Shown in pieces: positions 12,591-25,120 of a stretch of DNA of 64,000 bases. Made by a program: the position numbers and the translations under genes. The DNA is from Octopus bimaculoides (Eukaryota). Positions within the stretch are counted from its first letter, which is position 1, and every line of letters begins with the position of its first letter. The notes below the pieces were generated by a model, which was not told the origin of the DNA, searched no databases, and saw nothing but the letters and a program-made list of their open reading frames with translations. The stretch is from NCBI RefSeq assembly GCF_001194135.2, contig NC_068984.1, positions 60,617,311-60,681,310 on the forward strand. Direction: 5' to 3'.

Positions 12591-12954
12591 ACACACATGC
12601 AGCATAGGTTGGATGAGTTGTCATAGTTCAAGTCAGATCTTACTTGGAGTTGTTGTTTTCTTAGATGTGATTGGATAACTATGTCTGATTTATGCATTTA
12701 ATTTGGGCAAGATTTCTTTGACTGGATGCTTTTCTTAACACTAACCACTTTGAAAATTGTACTGCATTATTTTATCATGACACCTGCTCTAGAAACATTG
12801 TTACATTGTCATCAAGACATGACTAATGGTCCTTTCTTACCTTAGATATCTCATTCACTTAGATACTTTTTTACTAGATACATTTTTACTAGATACATTT
12901 TTACTAAAGGTTGTCATGTCCTTGATATAACAATCTTTAATAATTCTTTCTAAA

Positions 12955-13160
12955 TTTAGCACAAGGCTGGCAATTTTTTGGTTGGGAGAAGTAAGTTGAT
13001 TACATTGACCTCAGTGCTCGGTTGGTTCTTATTTTATCAACCATGAAAAGATGAAATGCTAAGTTGACCTCAGCTGCATTTGAACTCAGAACATAAAGCC
13101 AAAATGAAATGCCACTAAACATTTTATCTGTCCTGCTAATGATTCTGCCAGCTCACCACA
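12955..13160 (-). mobile_element. SINE family B, diverged
   Basis: Homologous to 15555-15770. Confidence 0.65.
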
Positions 13161-14399
13161 AGTATTTTTTAACAGTGGAACAAAGCCATAACTGTTAAGA
13201 GAGGATACAGTCAATTCAATTGATTTCAGGACTTAACCAGTTCTGATTTATCAATCCCACTAGGATGAAAATAATGTTAACACATAGCTGGATTTAATCA
13301 ACCCCCAGCAACATGAAAACTGAAGTTGACACCTGGTTAGATTCAGTGTTGTAATGTAAAGAGACTATTTGTCTGCTGCTTAAGTTATTTGACCATTCTA
13401 AAAACATAAAAAAGAAACCATATATAAATGCTTCTAGGAACTGTGATTAAAAGAAAATTGGTTTGCTGTTATATTCTTCAGAATAAATGAAGCAAAACTT
13501 ATTGATTCGTGATTTCCAGACGAAAAACTGGTGCAATAAGCAAAAAAGCCATTAGCTTCCAAATTTATATTTTAACCGAAAACTGTTTCATTTAGAGAAC
13601 AGGGAATAACCAAAGAGTTTATTTTTGTGGTCAAATTTGTCCAGAAAGAAATTCAATTGGTATTGACATATCTGACAAAAATGTTGCCACACCAGTAAAA
13701 TTAATCAAATTTACTTTCTCCTTTTATGAATTTCTGATGGAATTTCATTTTTTTTTCCTGAAGACACACAACACAATTTTCTTTATAGATCAATACAATT
13801 TGCTATTCAATGTTCACACTTCACTGTTCACTATTACCTGTCATTGATAAACCAACACTAGATTATCTATAGGGTTGCTTGACCTGCTGGGTATAGTAAC
13901 CAAGTCTTCTTCAACTCACACCCTGCCATTATAGAAAGTTACACAATGGGCAATGTTATGCTAGGTTTCTTTCACTGACAAAAAAAAAAAAGGGTTAGTT
14001 ATTGTTGAAATGCCTTTGATCAAGGGTGACCTGGAACTAAACTATAGCATTAACACCAGCATTATCATGGAGAAGTGTATCTTTGTGGTCATTTGGCATG
14101 TTAGAAAATGCAGTCAAATTTCTCTCAAATCACACTTTATCATTTCTAAGAAAAGAAGAACACAGTGAATAATTTAGTTCCTAGATATACAAAAAAGATG
14201 TGATGGTCACTGTTGGAATGCATTTGATCATAGGTCTACTCAGTCAGGGCTGATTTGTTTATTGAGGTGACCCTGTACATGATTGCTTCACTTGTTAGAA
14301 ATAGCAACCAAATATCTTTCAAATCACTTTCTACTATCTTTAAAAACGGAAGGACATACTAGATTATGTCATCTACATAATATGGGAATCAGTGTTGGA

Positions 14400-15090
14400 G
14401 ATGTTAGTATTAGGCTGACTAACAAACTGATGATGTATCAAGCAGTTGTATTGCCTACATTACTGGGCTCCTATGGGACTTGGTCGGTTTACCAATGCCA
14501 TGTCAAAAGAAACTAAACCATTTCCACATGAACTGCATGAGAAAACTCTTGAAAATCACCTGACAAAACAAGGTTCCAGACGTGGAGTTCCCCTCTTGAG
14601 CTGATCTACTGAGCATTTTACACACTACTGAGGGGAGCACAAGTTAGGTAGGCAGGCCACCTTGTCCAAATGCCTGACATGTGACTCCCCAAGAGACTGT
14701 TTTACAGACAACTGTAAAAGAAGGCAAATGCACACAAGATGCACAGAAAATGCATTTCAGGAACATATTCAAAGCCTCACTGGAAAGCTTTGAGATTAAC
14801 CCTAACACATGGGGAATGCAAGCATAAGACTGCCCTCCCTGCCTGGTGAAGATGCACCAACAGAGGTGCCACCTCCTACAAATAGAACAGGATTGTAGAG
14901 GCGTAAAGAAAAGGTGAACTACACAAGTCCAGAACGAACTCCTTGCCTTCAGTCGCAACAGACCAGCAGTGCCTGACCTGAAGTAGAGCTGTCCAAGCAT
15001 GTATCAGACTGATTAGCCACAGCCAGATACACCTGTGTGCCCTGTCATCTCCCATGGGATGTCCTTGGTCATTGTTGACAACAATAGATG
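14400..15090 (+). mobile_element. Decayed 3' part of an RTE (BovB-like) LINE, family 2
   Basis: KLMMYQAVVLPTLLGSYGTWSVYQCHVK(K)LNHFHMNCMRKLLKIT*QNKVPD..FRNIFKASLESFEINPNTW; RTE-like end GTCATTGTTGACAACAATAGATGAA. Confidence 0.75.
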
Positions 15091-15254
15091 AATTTAATAT
15101 ACATTGCACAAATATAACATAGAATACATTCAATCCATTTGGAGGTGTGGGGGAAGTAAATGAAAGCACAGTATGTACCCAAGACCCTCAAAACAGCCCT
15201 CATGAGTGCATTGGAAGCAAGCAATAAAAGTACGACTACTGAATAATAATAATA

Positions 15255-15995
15255 ATAAAGCACAAGACCTGAAATTTGGGGGAAGCGGGATAGTCGATTG
15301 CAGTACTCAGCAATCAAAGCGATGAAGGGCAAAGTTGACCCCCAACAGAATTTGAACTCTGAATGTAGTGGCTGATGAAATACTGCTGAGCATTTCGCCC
15401 AACATGCTAATGATTCTGCCAGCTCACAAGCCTTATCAGACGGGTAGTCACGATGGGTATAATGGGCTTCGTATATTTTACTCCAGTGTCATTTTGATGG
15501 CATGCACTGATCTCTCACTCAATAATAATAACAACAACATCAAAGGGGGTGGGCAGAACCATAAGCATGCTGGATAAAATGCTTAGCAGTATTTTGCCTG
15601 TCGCTACATTTTGAGTTAAAATTCCACTGAGGTGGACTTTGCCTTTCATCCTTTCAATGTTGATAAATTAAGTACCAGTTACATGCTGGGGTTGATCTAA
15701 TCGACTGGCCCCCCAACCCGCCAAATTTCAGGCCTTGTGCCTATAGTAGAAAGGATTATTATTAGTATTATTACTAAAAGGTTGTGAGCTGGCAGAATCG
15801 TTAGCATGCTGGGTGAAATGCTTAGTGGTATTTAGTCTGCCCCTACATACTGAGTTCAAATTCCACTGAGGTTGACTTTGCCTTTCATCCTTTCAGGGTT
15901 GATAAATTAAATACCAGTGAAACATGGGTCGATGTAATCAACTTATCCCCTCCCCCAAAATTTCAGGCGTTGTGCCTACAGTAGAAAGGGATATT
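15255..15995. mobile_element. Cluster of three SINE family B copies: 15255-15435 (-), 15555-15770 (+), 15778-15995 (+)
   Basis: GAGCTGGCAGAATCGTTAGCA head, GAGTTCAAATTCC B-box, GCCTTTCATCCTTT body, AGAAAGGATTATT end. Confidence 0.85.
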
Positions 15996-16435
15996 ATTGT
16001 GATTACTTTTATAATGTCCTGCCTATAAGAAGCCAGTCTAACAATTTCACAACTGGTTATACTTCCTTCTTATTCACCCTTTCTCTTTCTGTGTGTGTAT
16101 GTGTGTGTGTCTCTCTCTCTCCCTCTCTCTTTCTCTCTCTCTTTTTCTCTCTGTCTCTTTACCTCTCTGTCTCTTTACCCTACTTAGCTTTTCAAAAAGT
16201 TTTATTTTCAGCATAAATGTTGCCTAGTTTTTATATTTGTTGATAAATTCAATTTGTAGTTTTTTTATTGTGATTTAACATCCCAACCAGTCTACTGTTG
16301 ATATGCTGTGCTTCTAACTAAACCATATCCACCAATTTTAATATCTAACTTACACCTTTTCTTATTTGTTTGTCGCCCTGGTAACATCAGCCATTGCTCA
16401 TCGTTTATGGCTGGAGACTATGTTATATATATGCG

Positions 16436-16475
<40 letters not shown>

Positions 16476-16864
16476 TGTGTATTTTGTATGGTGTGGTTTT
16501 ATTTTAAAAAATTGCTTTCCAATAACAGAGAGAGTTGGTTTCCAACTCAGAGCCAAGTCTCTATAATTGGAATAACTAAATGGTCATGTGCTTACATATT
16601 TATATCAGGTTAGCTGCTTTTAGGGCAAATATGTTTGTGTGTATTTACATGCATGTATGTGTATATATATATATACACACACAAACTGCTATCAAAACAT
16701 ACGTAAATCCTACCAAGTGTGTTGAGTGCTACTTTCCTTCATTTGTTTCCTTACTCACATGTATACATATGTACATTCATACACACACACATGCCTATAT
16801 ATATACATTTGCATATGTATATATATATATATATACACACACACATATATATATATACATATAA

Positions 16865-17048
16865 ATATATCATCATCGTCATCATCGTTTAATGTCTCAC
16901 TCAGCTTGCTGGGTCTTCTCAAGCACAGCATATTTCGAAACGTTTTGGTTGCTTGTCATTGCCTCCATGAGGCCCAATGTTTGAAGGTCATGCTTCACCA
17001 CCTCATCCCAAGTCTTCCTGAGTCTACCTTTTCCACAGGTTCCCTCCT
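16865..17048 (-). mobile_element. RTE family 1 fragment with internal deletion
   Basis: EEGTCGKGRLRKTWDEVVKHDLQTLGLMEAMT, followed closely by a (GAT)n tail. Confidence 0.8.
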
Positions 17049-17110
17049 CTATATACATATATATTGACATAGATATGTGTGTGTGAGTATATATATGTGT
17101 GTGTGTTGTG

Positions 17111-17144
<34 letters not shown>

Positions 17145-17147
<3 letters not shown>

Positions 17148-17385
17148 TGTTGTACTTGGGGATGGTCATATTGCCAGTTTAGCCAATAAAAACACACGCA
17201 CTGTATATTTGGTGTTAATTTGCTTCAGCTTTATATTACATTATATTACATTAATCCTATTAGGATTAATGTAATATAATGTAATATAATATAATATAAA
17301 GCTGAAGCAAATTAACACCAAATATACAGTGCGTGTGTTTTTATTGGCTAAACTGGCAACATGACCATCCCCAAGTACAACAACA
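17145..17385. repeat. Near-perfect 241-bp palindrome
   Basis: Arms pair about centre 17260 (CCTA-T-TAGG); one mismatch and a 10-nt AT-rich insertion in the right arm. Confidence 0.95.
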
Positions 17386-17821
17386 TCTGTTTCAACACAT
17401 GATTTCACATCAAAAATCTTGCAAAACAAATATATATATATATAATACAAAATGGGACAAGAACGCAAGACATCCAGATGGTTAGGTGATACAAGAAAGG
17501 GACAACAAAACATCCAGATAGATAATACAAAGAAAACAAAGAACAAGTCATTCAGAGTTTTCTTTCATCGGTTGAGTTCCAGATTATCTTTGCAATTTCA
17601 GCTGGTTTTACTCAAGATTGCTCCAATCTGGCCAGCCCCAAGGAAAAACCAAGCTAAGAGCATTAGATTCCTTGGAAGAAAGCAGCAAATGTATACAAAA
17701 AGGATGGAAAAAAACTAACAATGTTACACAAATATAATAAAAATAGTAACAGGACATAACAACAGGTGTCTTTCAACTAAGGACGAATTGAATTAAGCTG
17801 GTGCTTGTGGAAATAAAGCCT

Positions 17822-18206
17822 TACGGCAGGATACAAGATTTCACAGGCACAAGGAGGAATATCGATGTTGCACACACAAGACATTTGAGTAAGATCGTTG
17901 GCAGAGCCGATGGGCTGGCCCCTATGCAGATGACATGTAAAATACACCATTTCGAGCGTGGCCGTTGATCGTTACCAACATTGCCTCCCTGGCACAGGAA
18001 AAGACATTTGAGCGAGATCGTTGCCAGTGCCAATGGACTGGCTCCTGTGCAGGTGGCACGTAAAACACACCATTTCGAGCGTGGCCGTCACCAGTTCCGC
18101 CTGACTAGCCCTCGTGCCAGTGGCACGTAAAACACTCACTACACTCTCGGAGTGGTTGGTGTTATGAAGGGCATCCAGCTGTAGAAACTCTGCGAAATCA
18201 GATTTG
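17822..18206 (+). mobile_element. RTE family 1 3' UTR with internal ~123-bp duplication
   Basis: AAGACATTTGAG...CGAGCGTGGCCGT at ~17878 and ~18001; ends GGGCATCCAGCTGTAGAAACTCTG. Confidence 0.75.
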
Positions 18207-19009
18207 NNNNNNNNNNNNNNNNNNNNNNNNNNNNNNNNNNNNNNNNNNNNNNNNNNNNNNNNNNNNNNNNNNNNNNNNNNNNNNNNNNNNNNNNNNNNNN
18301 NNNNNNNNNNNNNNNNNNNNNNNNNNNNNNNNNNNNNNNNNNNNNNNNNNNNNNNNNNNNNNNNNNNNNNNNNNNNNNNNNNNNNNNNNNNNNNNNNNNN
18401 NNNNNNNNNNNNNNNNNNNNNNNNNNNNNNNNNNNNNNNNNNNNNNNNNNNNNNNNNNNNNNNNNNNNNNNNNNNNNNNNNNNNNNNNNNNNNNNNNNNN
18501 NNNNNNNNNNNNNNNNNNNNNNNNNNNNNNNNNNNNNNNNNNNNNNNNNNNNNNNNNNNNNNNNNNNNNNNNNNNNNNNNNNNNNNNNNNNNNNNNNNNN
18601 NNNNNNNNNNNNNNNNNNNNNNNNNNNNNNNNNNNNNNNNNNNNNNNNNNNNNNNNNNNNNNNNNNNNNNNNNNNNNNNNNNNNNNNNNNNNNNNNNNNN
18701 NNNNNNNNNNNNNNNNNNNNNNNNNNNNNNNNNNNNNNNNNNNNNNNNNNNNNNNNNNNNNNNNNNNNNNNNNNNNNNNNNNNNNNNNNNNNNNNNNNNN
18801 NNNNNNNNNNNNNNNNNNNNNNNNNNNNNNNNNNNNNNNNNNNNNNNNNNNNNNNNNNNNNNNNNNNNNNNNNNNNNNNNNNNNNNNNNNNNNNNNNNNN
18901 NNNNNNNNNNNNNNNNNNNNNNNNNNNNNNNNNNNNNNNNNNNNNNNNNNNNNNNNNNNNNNNNNNNNNNNNNNNNNNNNNNNNNNNNNNNNNNNNNNNN
19001 NNNNNNNNN

Positions 19010-19076
<67 letters not shown>

Positions 19077-19369
19077 TTCTTTTCCTCCTCTTCCTGTGTC
19101 TCTATGATTCTATCTTGTTCATTGAACATGTGCATAGTGTTTTGATTTAATGATTACCTGCCAACAAGGCTAGTATGTGCACTCATCCTACACTTCTCGT
19201 GTTAAATATTTTTGTATCTATCCTTTACTCTCTATCTCCTCATTCTCTGTATGATGTAAAGATGTAAAATGTGACTGAAGATATCAACTAAACAACCAAG
19301 CAACCATTCCAACATTTATATTGGCAATTGTACATGCATACATGCATGAATATATGCATGCAAACATGT

Positions 19370-19635
19370 ATGGTGTCACATAAAGAAGCACCTGTCTTAG
19401 TGCCACATATAAAGCACCTGTGCTTGTGCCACATAATAACACTGGTGCTGGTGCTACGGAAAAGGTACCCAGTACATTCTGTAAAGTGGTTGACATTAGG
19501 AATGGCATCCAACTGTAGAACCCATGCCAAAACAGACAGTTGAAACCTGGTGTAGGTTTCTGGCTGGCCAGCTCCTGCCAAACCATCCAGCCCATGCCAG
19601 CATGGAAAACCATGATGATGATGATGATGATGATG
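19370..19635 (+). mobile_element. RTE family 1 3' UTR with (ATG)n tail
   Basis: GGCATCCAACTGTAGAACC...CCCATGCCAGCATGGAAA then (ATG)n. Confidence 0.75.
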
Positions 19636-20138
19636 GTTGTCGTGATGGTGGTGATGATGATGATGTATATGTACATCTTTTGTTATTTATGGAAATGTGC
19701 ATGCACACACACACACACACACACACACACGCGTGCATGCAGGCACACATGCACATGCGTACATGTGCACTTAGGTATGTCCAAAATATCAAATGGTAAA
19801 CCAACATCCAGTTTAGTGATTCTGACAATTGCCATGCCGTTTATGGCTTTTGTGATTTTTATCTTGGAGCCATGTCTCATCTGTTGTGTACAATTCATGC
19901 ATGTTCTTCCCTTCTTCATAGTTCTGCAGAAGTAAGTGAAGTTGCTGTAGTTATTTTAGGCTCATTTCTATTTCTAGTGTTAATTTGTATGCCTAACACA
20001 CTAACGCACACACTTGTAAATTCATGCACACACAGAAACACACACGTTTACATGCATACACACATATGTATACACACTCGTATATGTGCTAAAAATCTTC
20101 TTTAGATACATACATACTTTAAAGATTCATACAGACAT

Positions 20139-20178
<40 letters not shown>

Positions 20179-20676
20179 CTATGGGAAACTCATTCCAAAA
20201 CTCACTCATGCACATGCACACGTGTGCACACACACACACACATACAAACACTGACTCATACTCACACATGCATGCATGTACACTATCTCACTTTCTCTTT
20301 CACTCTCTCTCTCACTTTTTCTCTGCGCCATTCTTTCTCTCTCTCACTCTTTCTCTCTCTCTCTTATATGCATACTCTTTTGGGTTGCCTGCATATTAGT
20401 GGAATTGCTGGATCAATTAGACATTGAACAGAATGCCTTGCAGTATTTACTTTGGCTTTTTACATTCTAAATTCAAATTCTATTAAGTACCAATTAAGTG
20501 CTGGGGTCAATGGTAACAGTGAACCCTCTCCTCAAAATTGCTGGCAATTATTTTTGTTGTTGTTGTTATTATAATTATTTCATAAAAGATATCATTACTC
20601 CAAAATTAGTGAAATCATGGCCTACTGGTTGGGGTGTTGCACTCATGATAGTAAGATTACGGTTTTGATTCCCAGG

Positions 20677-20726
<50 letters not shown>

Positions 20727-20752
20727 GCTACTGCTGCTGCTGCTGCTGCTGC
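20677..20752. repeat. Compound (CTA)n-(CTG)n microsatellite after a SINE-head remnant
   Basis: Read directly from sequence. Confidence 0.9.
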
Positions 20753-21023
20753 TGCATTTAACAACTGTATGACTCAGGTCCACAACAGAGCACTCATACA
20801 TGTAGGACAATGCTACTGCTACAATTGCAAACACCCTACCTGGCTGATTGGCATGAGGTCACTCAGACATCCATTTCAATCCTGATCCTCCCACCTACTG
20901 CCCCTCCCTCTGCCTTTCCTTCTGTTACTACAATGACCTCTATTCCTTAGAATTGTTTGGTGTCAAGCCATCTTTATTCAGACCCTCATGATTCACTTGT
21001 ATCTCCTCTTCCAGCGTCTAGTT

Positions 21024-21380
21024 CAGGGGTTCTCAATCATTTTTTTTTTTTTTGCCTATGGATCCCTTTGATTATTATTTTATTCTGGTGGATCCCCATA
21101 GCCATTTGAAGTTTAAAAACCAGTTTTATAGAAACTTCTTTCAAAATTCCTATTTTGTTTTTTCACACATTAATTTGTGCAGGTTGAACTGTGTAAAATG
21201 TTAGAGAAAGAAACCTAGCTGTTTCTTGCAATATATACCAATACACATATCTGAAGCAAATTTTTTCAGGAGCCCTTAAAATTCTATTGTGGATTCCCAG
21301 TTTACTATTTTGTTGTGTGGACCTGTTAAAGTCTTATATGGACCCTCAGGGGTCTTATGGACTCCGGTTGAGAACCACTG
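21024..21380. mobile_element. hAT (Charlie-like) MITE
   Basis: TIRs CAGGGGTTCTCAA / TTGAGAACCACTG; homologous pieces at 807-1085, 35802-36443, 47467-47725; flanking 8-mers do not match. Confidence 0.8.
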
Positions 21381-22505
21381 GGTGTGCCCTTCCCCCTTTG
21401 TATTAACTACTAAACTTAACACTGTATGGCAACATTGTCCTGTGACTCTGTACCCAGTCCTTTCTTTCCAGATCATCAGCCCTCTATAATTTTCTTCTTA
21501 CACATGTCTATCCTGCAGTTGTTGAAATGTCTCAGAGGGTTTTGCGAAGGCCATGAATACTGCTCCATCTTTCAGATTCAACAAAACATAAGTTGAAAAG
21601 CACAAGGATTAAATATTGAATTGAAGATTTTATGTCATCTAAATAAATGTGTGCCTGTCATTACATTTGTACCTAGACTATCCATGACCTGTTGAGTCAC
21701 TAACGGTTCAAGTTATAAAACATTGAAGCTGATTTCAACTTGCATTGAAATGAAAGTTAATTTCATGATGATTCAATTGATGATTTCAATTTATTCATGT
21801 CATCATAGTTCTGGTTTACAAGTTCATATTTAAGGTTTTATTGATTATTTACAGCATTTAATAGAAACAGAACTTCTGGAATAAACTTGAACTCCAGTAA
21901 CAGTATTTATTTATGGCATATGTGCACACTTCTACAAAAACGCTAATGGAATTGTTATATAATATAAACATAAAATTAATTAAACAATTTTCACAGTATT
22001 ATATATTCCCATTTCAGGGTTATGTTACTTCAGAGTATTTTCCCATTATGTTTCGATTATTTATGAAGGTACCCCAAAAAACCCATGTATCTTGGGAATC
22101 CTTGGTCTGATTTACACGAAACTTCTTTTATTCCGTTTGTACTCACATTTCAGGGGCACCTAACTTTCAAAGTATTTTCCCATTATATGCTGGTTTGGCT
22201 GTATTAAATTGCAGAAAAGCACACACACACACAAGCAAGCAAGCACAGAGTTTTAGTAGTATATAGATTGACACAACTGAAATAATGCATAATCTCTTAT
22301 ATAAATACATAATGAAATATGCCAAGTCTAACTCTTGGTTTAACATTATAATCTGGCCTGTCAGTGTTCAGTACCTTTAGCAATGCACTCTGTTATTAAT
22401 CATTTGGGCCAGTTTACCAGTTTAAGGATAATTTCCCTGATGCTCCTGGGCTCATGGGTGCTAATCTTCCTCCTGTGACTGTTCCATAAAAAATAATACA
22501 AATAT

Positions 22506-22911
22506 AGGCACAGGCAGGTTTGTGTGGTAAGAAGGCGGCGAGCTGGCAGAAACATTACAACACCGGACGAAATGCTAAGCGGTATTTCGTCTGCCGTTGT
22601 GTTCTGAGTTCAAATTCCGCTGAGGTCAACTTTGCTTTCATCCTTTCGGGGTCGATAAATTAAGTACCAGTTACGCACTGGGGTCGATGTAATCGACTTA
22701 ATCCCTTTGTCTGTCCTGTTTTGTCCCCTCTACGTTTAGCCCCTTGTGGGCAATAAAGAAATAAGAAGCTTGCTTCTCAATCACATAGTTCTGGGTTCAG
22801 TCCCATTGCGTGGCAGCTTGGGCAAGTGTCCTCAACTATAGCCTTGGGCTGACCAAAGCCTTGTGAGTGGATTTGATAGACAGAAAATGAAAGAAGCCTG
22901 TTGTGTGTGTG

Positions 22912-22946
<35 letters not shown>

Positions 22947-23152
22947 CTTTGTGTCTATGTTTGTCCCCCCACCATCACTTGGCAACTGATGTTGGTGTGT
23001 TTACGTGCCCCATAACTTAGAGGTTCAGCAAAATAGGCTGATAGAATAAGTACTAGGCTTACAAATAATAAGTCAATTTCTTCAAATAAAACCCTCTGAG
23101 ACAGCGCTCCAGCATGGCTGCAGTCAAATGACTGAAACAAGTAGAAGAGTAA
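22506..23152 (+). mobile_element. SINE family A with a family B SINE (22535-22761) nested in its tRNA head
   Basis: TSD TAAGAAG at 22528-22534 and 22762-22768; removing the insert restores the family A head. Confidence 0.9.
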
Positions 23153-23993
23153 AGGAAAAACTAAAATAAAACATATCAATAAGCCTAGGCATACACACAT
23201 ATAGCTAAATATATATAGTAGACATTATGTGCGCAATTAAGTGTTTGACTGCTACTATTATGTTTAGAATTCTATGTAGGTTTTCATTATCTAGTCTGCT
23301 TTCTGTATAGTCATTAACTACTATACTGAGTAATATTATCAGTTATGGGCTACAAAGCCAATGTAGGAAAGCTAAGGATAAACACAGTTTATACTACCTT
23401 TAGCACACTGTAGATGCATTATGTCTCTGTATGAGTTTTCTCTCCTCTCAGTGTGACACAATACACCTGAAGCTACAGGGGGAGAAAACCTGTATGGTAC
23501 CAGGATGTGCTTAAGTGTGCTAAAGGTTAAAGTCCCTACATGTGTTTCACCATTATGGTTCTTTTTCGGGTCCCTGTGATAGATATTCCAAATATGTATA
23601 AATACTTGACCACAATGGATCCTCAGGGACTGAGGATTTATTGTGGTTGAACATCTATACGTAGTTGGAGCATCTATTGTTAAATATATATGTAGAATAT
23701 TTATATGCACATACTGTACTGTACACAATGCATGTAATGTAGAAACACTTGTTGAAATACATGTAGATATGCACAGGCATTAACATACACACATTCTCTT
23801 TTACAAGCAATTATGACAATGTAAAATATATTAAAACACACTTAAATAATCGTATAAAGTCACACATTGAAACACAAACAATGAATTGTGCAAGCACCAA
23901 TTTCCATACAACTGCTGCCTCCTATTTACTCACGTACATGCATGCACAGAGAGAGAGAGGGACAGAGAGAGAGAGAGAGAGAGAGAGAGGGAC

Positions 23994-24028
<35 letters not shown>

Positions 24029-24544
24029 CACACACACACACATACAGAGGCAAAGACCCATCTCCATCACCATCATTATTTATAATTTTCCCATGTTCTG
24101 GTGAAGATTTTCCTTGCATACATGAATGCTTGCTTTACCCTGAACAAACATGCTTCTTTGTTAGTTTGGTTAGCTGCTGAACTTCTGCTGAAATGCATTT
24201 CTCAAAGCTTACCAGCTGTGTTTTCTCATTGATTTCCTGTCCTCCTATAAAGCAGGTAGCTATCTCTCTCTCTCTCACACACACACATGATGTATTTACA
24301 GCAACCCTGATAACTCTGAGTCTGCAATACAGGTTCAACTCCTGGTTGAGTTATTTCCACATGATTTACTCATCTGCCATGACTCTTGGGCACCTTTAAC
24401 ACAAATTTGTTCCTCACTTCACATGCTCTGTGTAGCATGGTTATGTGCATGTAGGTATTTATGTTTTTTATGTGTTGTGTATGCATATATGTGCATATGC
24501 ATTTATACATGCATATATGTATGACATTATAAATTTTCACTTCA

Positions 24545-25120
24545 AGATTTCTTGCCAGTAGAGGAACCAGTTTCTTTCAATTATCCAAGGCTCCTTCATT
24601 GAAATTTCAACATTAACAGGGTATTTTTGCATGTATGTGTGTATGTGTGCAGCATTTGGAGTTAGTGCATATGCAGATTTATATGTTTTGTTTTATGTAT
24701 GCATTCTCATGCATATAGTTGCATGTCTAGACATGCGTATATATACTTAAAGGATAAACTTCTGGAATGTTTTACAAATTTTTACAGTTCCAGTGATGGC
24801 TTGGATCTGTAGTCTTCAAATCAGCTTTCTCCTTTATGATTTTGAGAAGCCTAATTTCTCAAGATTGGTACTCAAGCAGTGTGTTACATATCCCAATGCT
24901 CCAATAATTACAGGTATAAACCTGAACTTGTAATCTTGGTAGAGTAACTGTAGATTTCTCAATAGTTCAAAATTTGTATTTTCTTTTTCATTGATCTTTA
25001 ACCTTATGTTAACATTTACTGGGCAGCTGATTTCCACTTCTGTACAATTTCTCTTCTCTGTCCCAAATCCCTATATCTACATTTTATTGAGGTTTTCATT
25101 TGGACATTGTAGTATATATT
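24545..25120 (-). mobile_element. 3' fragment of RLE-type LINE family 3
   Basis: NVQMKTSIKC..DIGIWD..EISCPVNVNIRLKINEKEN..LQLLYQDYKFRFIPVIIGALGYVT; 3' UTR shared with 7160-7605. Confidence 0.8.

Noticed and set aside
19790-19930. Minus-strand acceptor followed by NYEEGKNMHELYTTDETWL, resembling mariner TGDETW
   Set aside because: Only a five-residue resemblance, stop soon after, and no other transposase motif or TIR nearby
22010-22195. Duplicated CATTTCAGG..AGTATTTTCCCATTAT cassettes resembling mutually exclusive exons (51 and 39 nt)
   Set aside because: The shared core sits in different frames relative to the acceptors, and the second donor is weak; more likely a small local duplication
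23372-23728. 118-aa minus ORF in unique sequence
   Set aside because: No domain recognised; alternative frames look equally plausible
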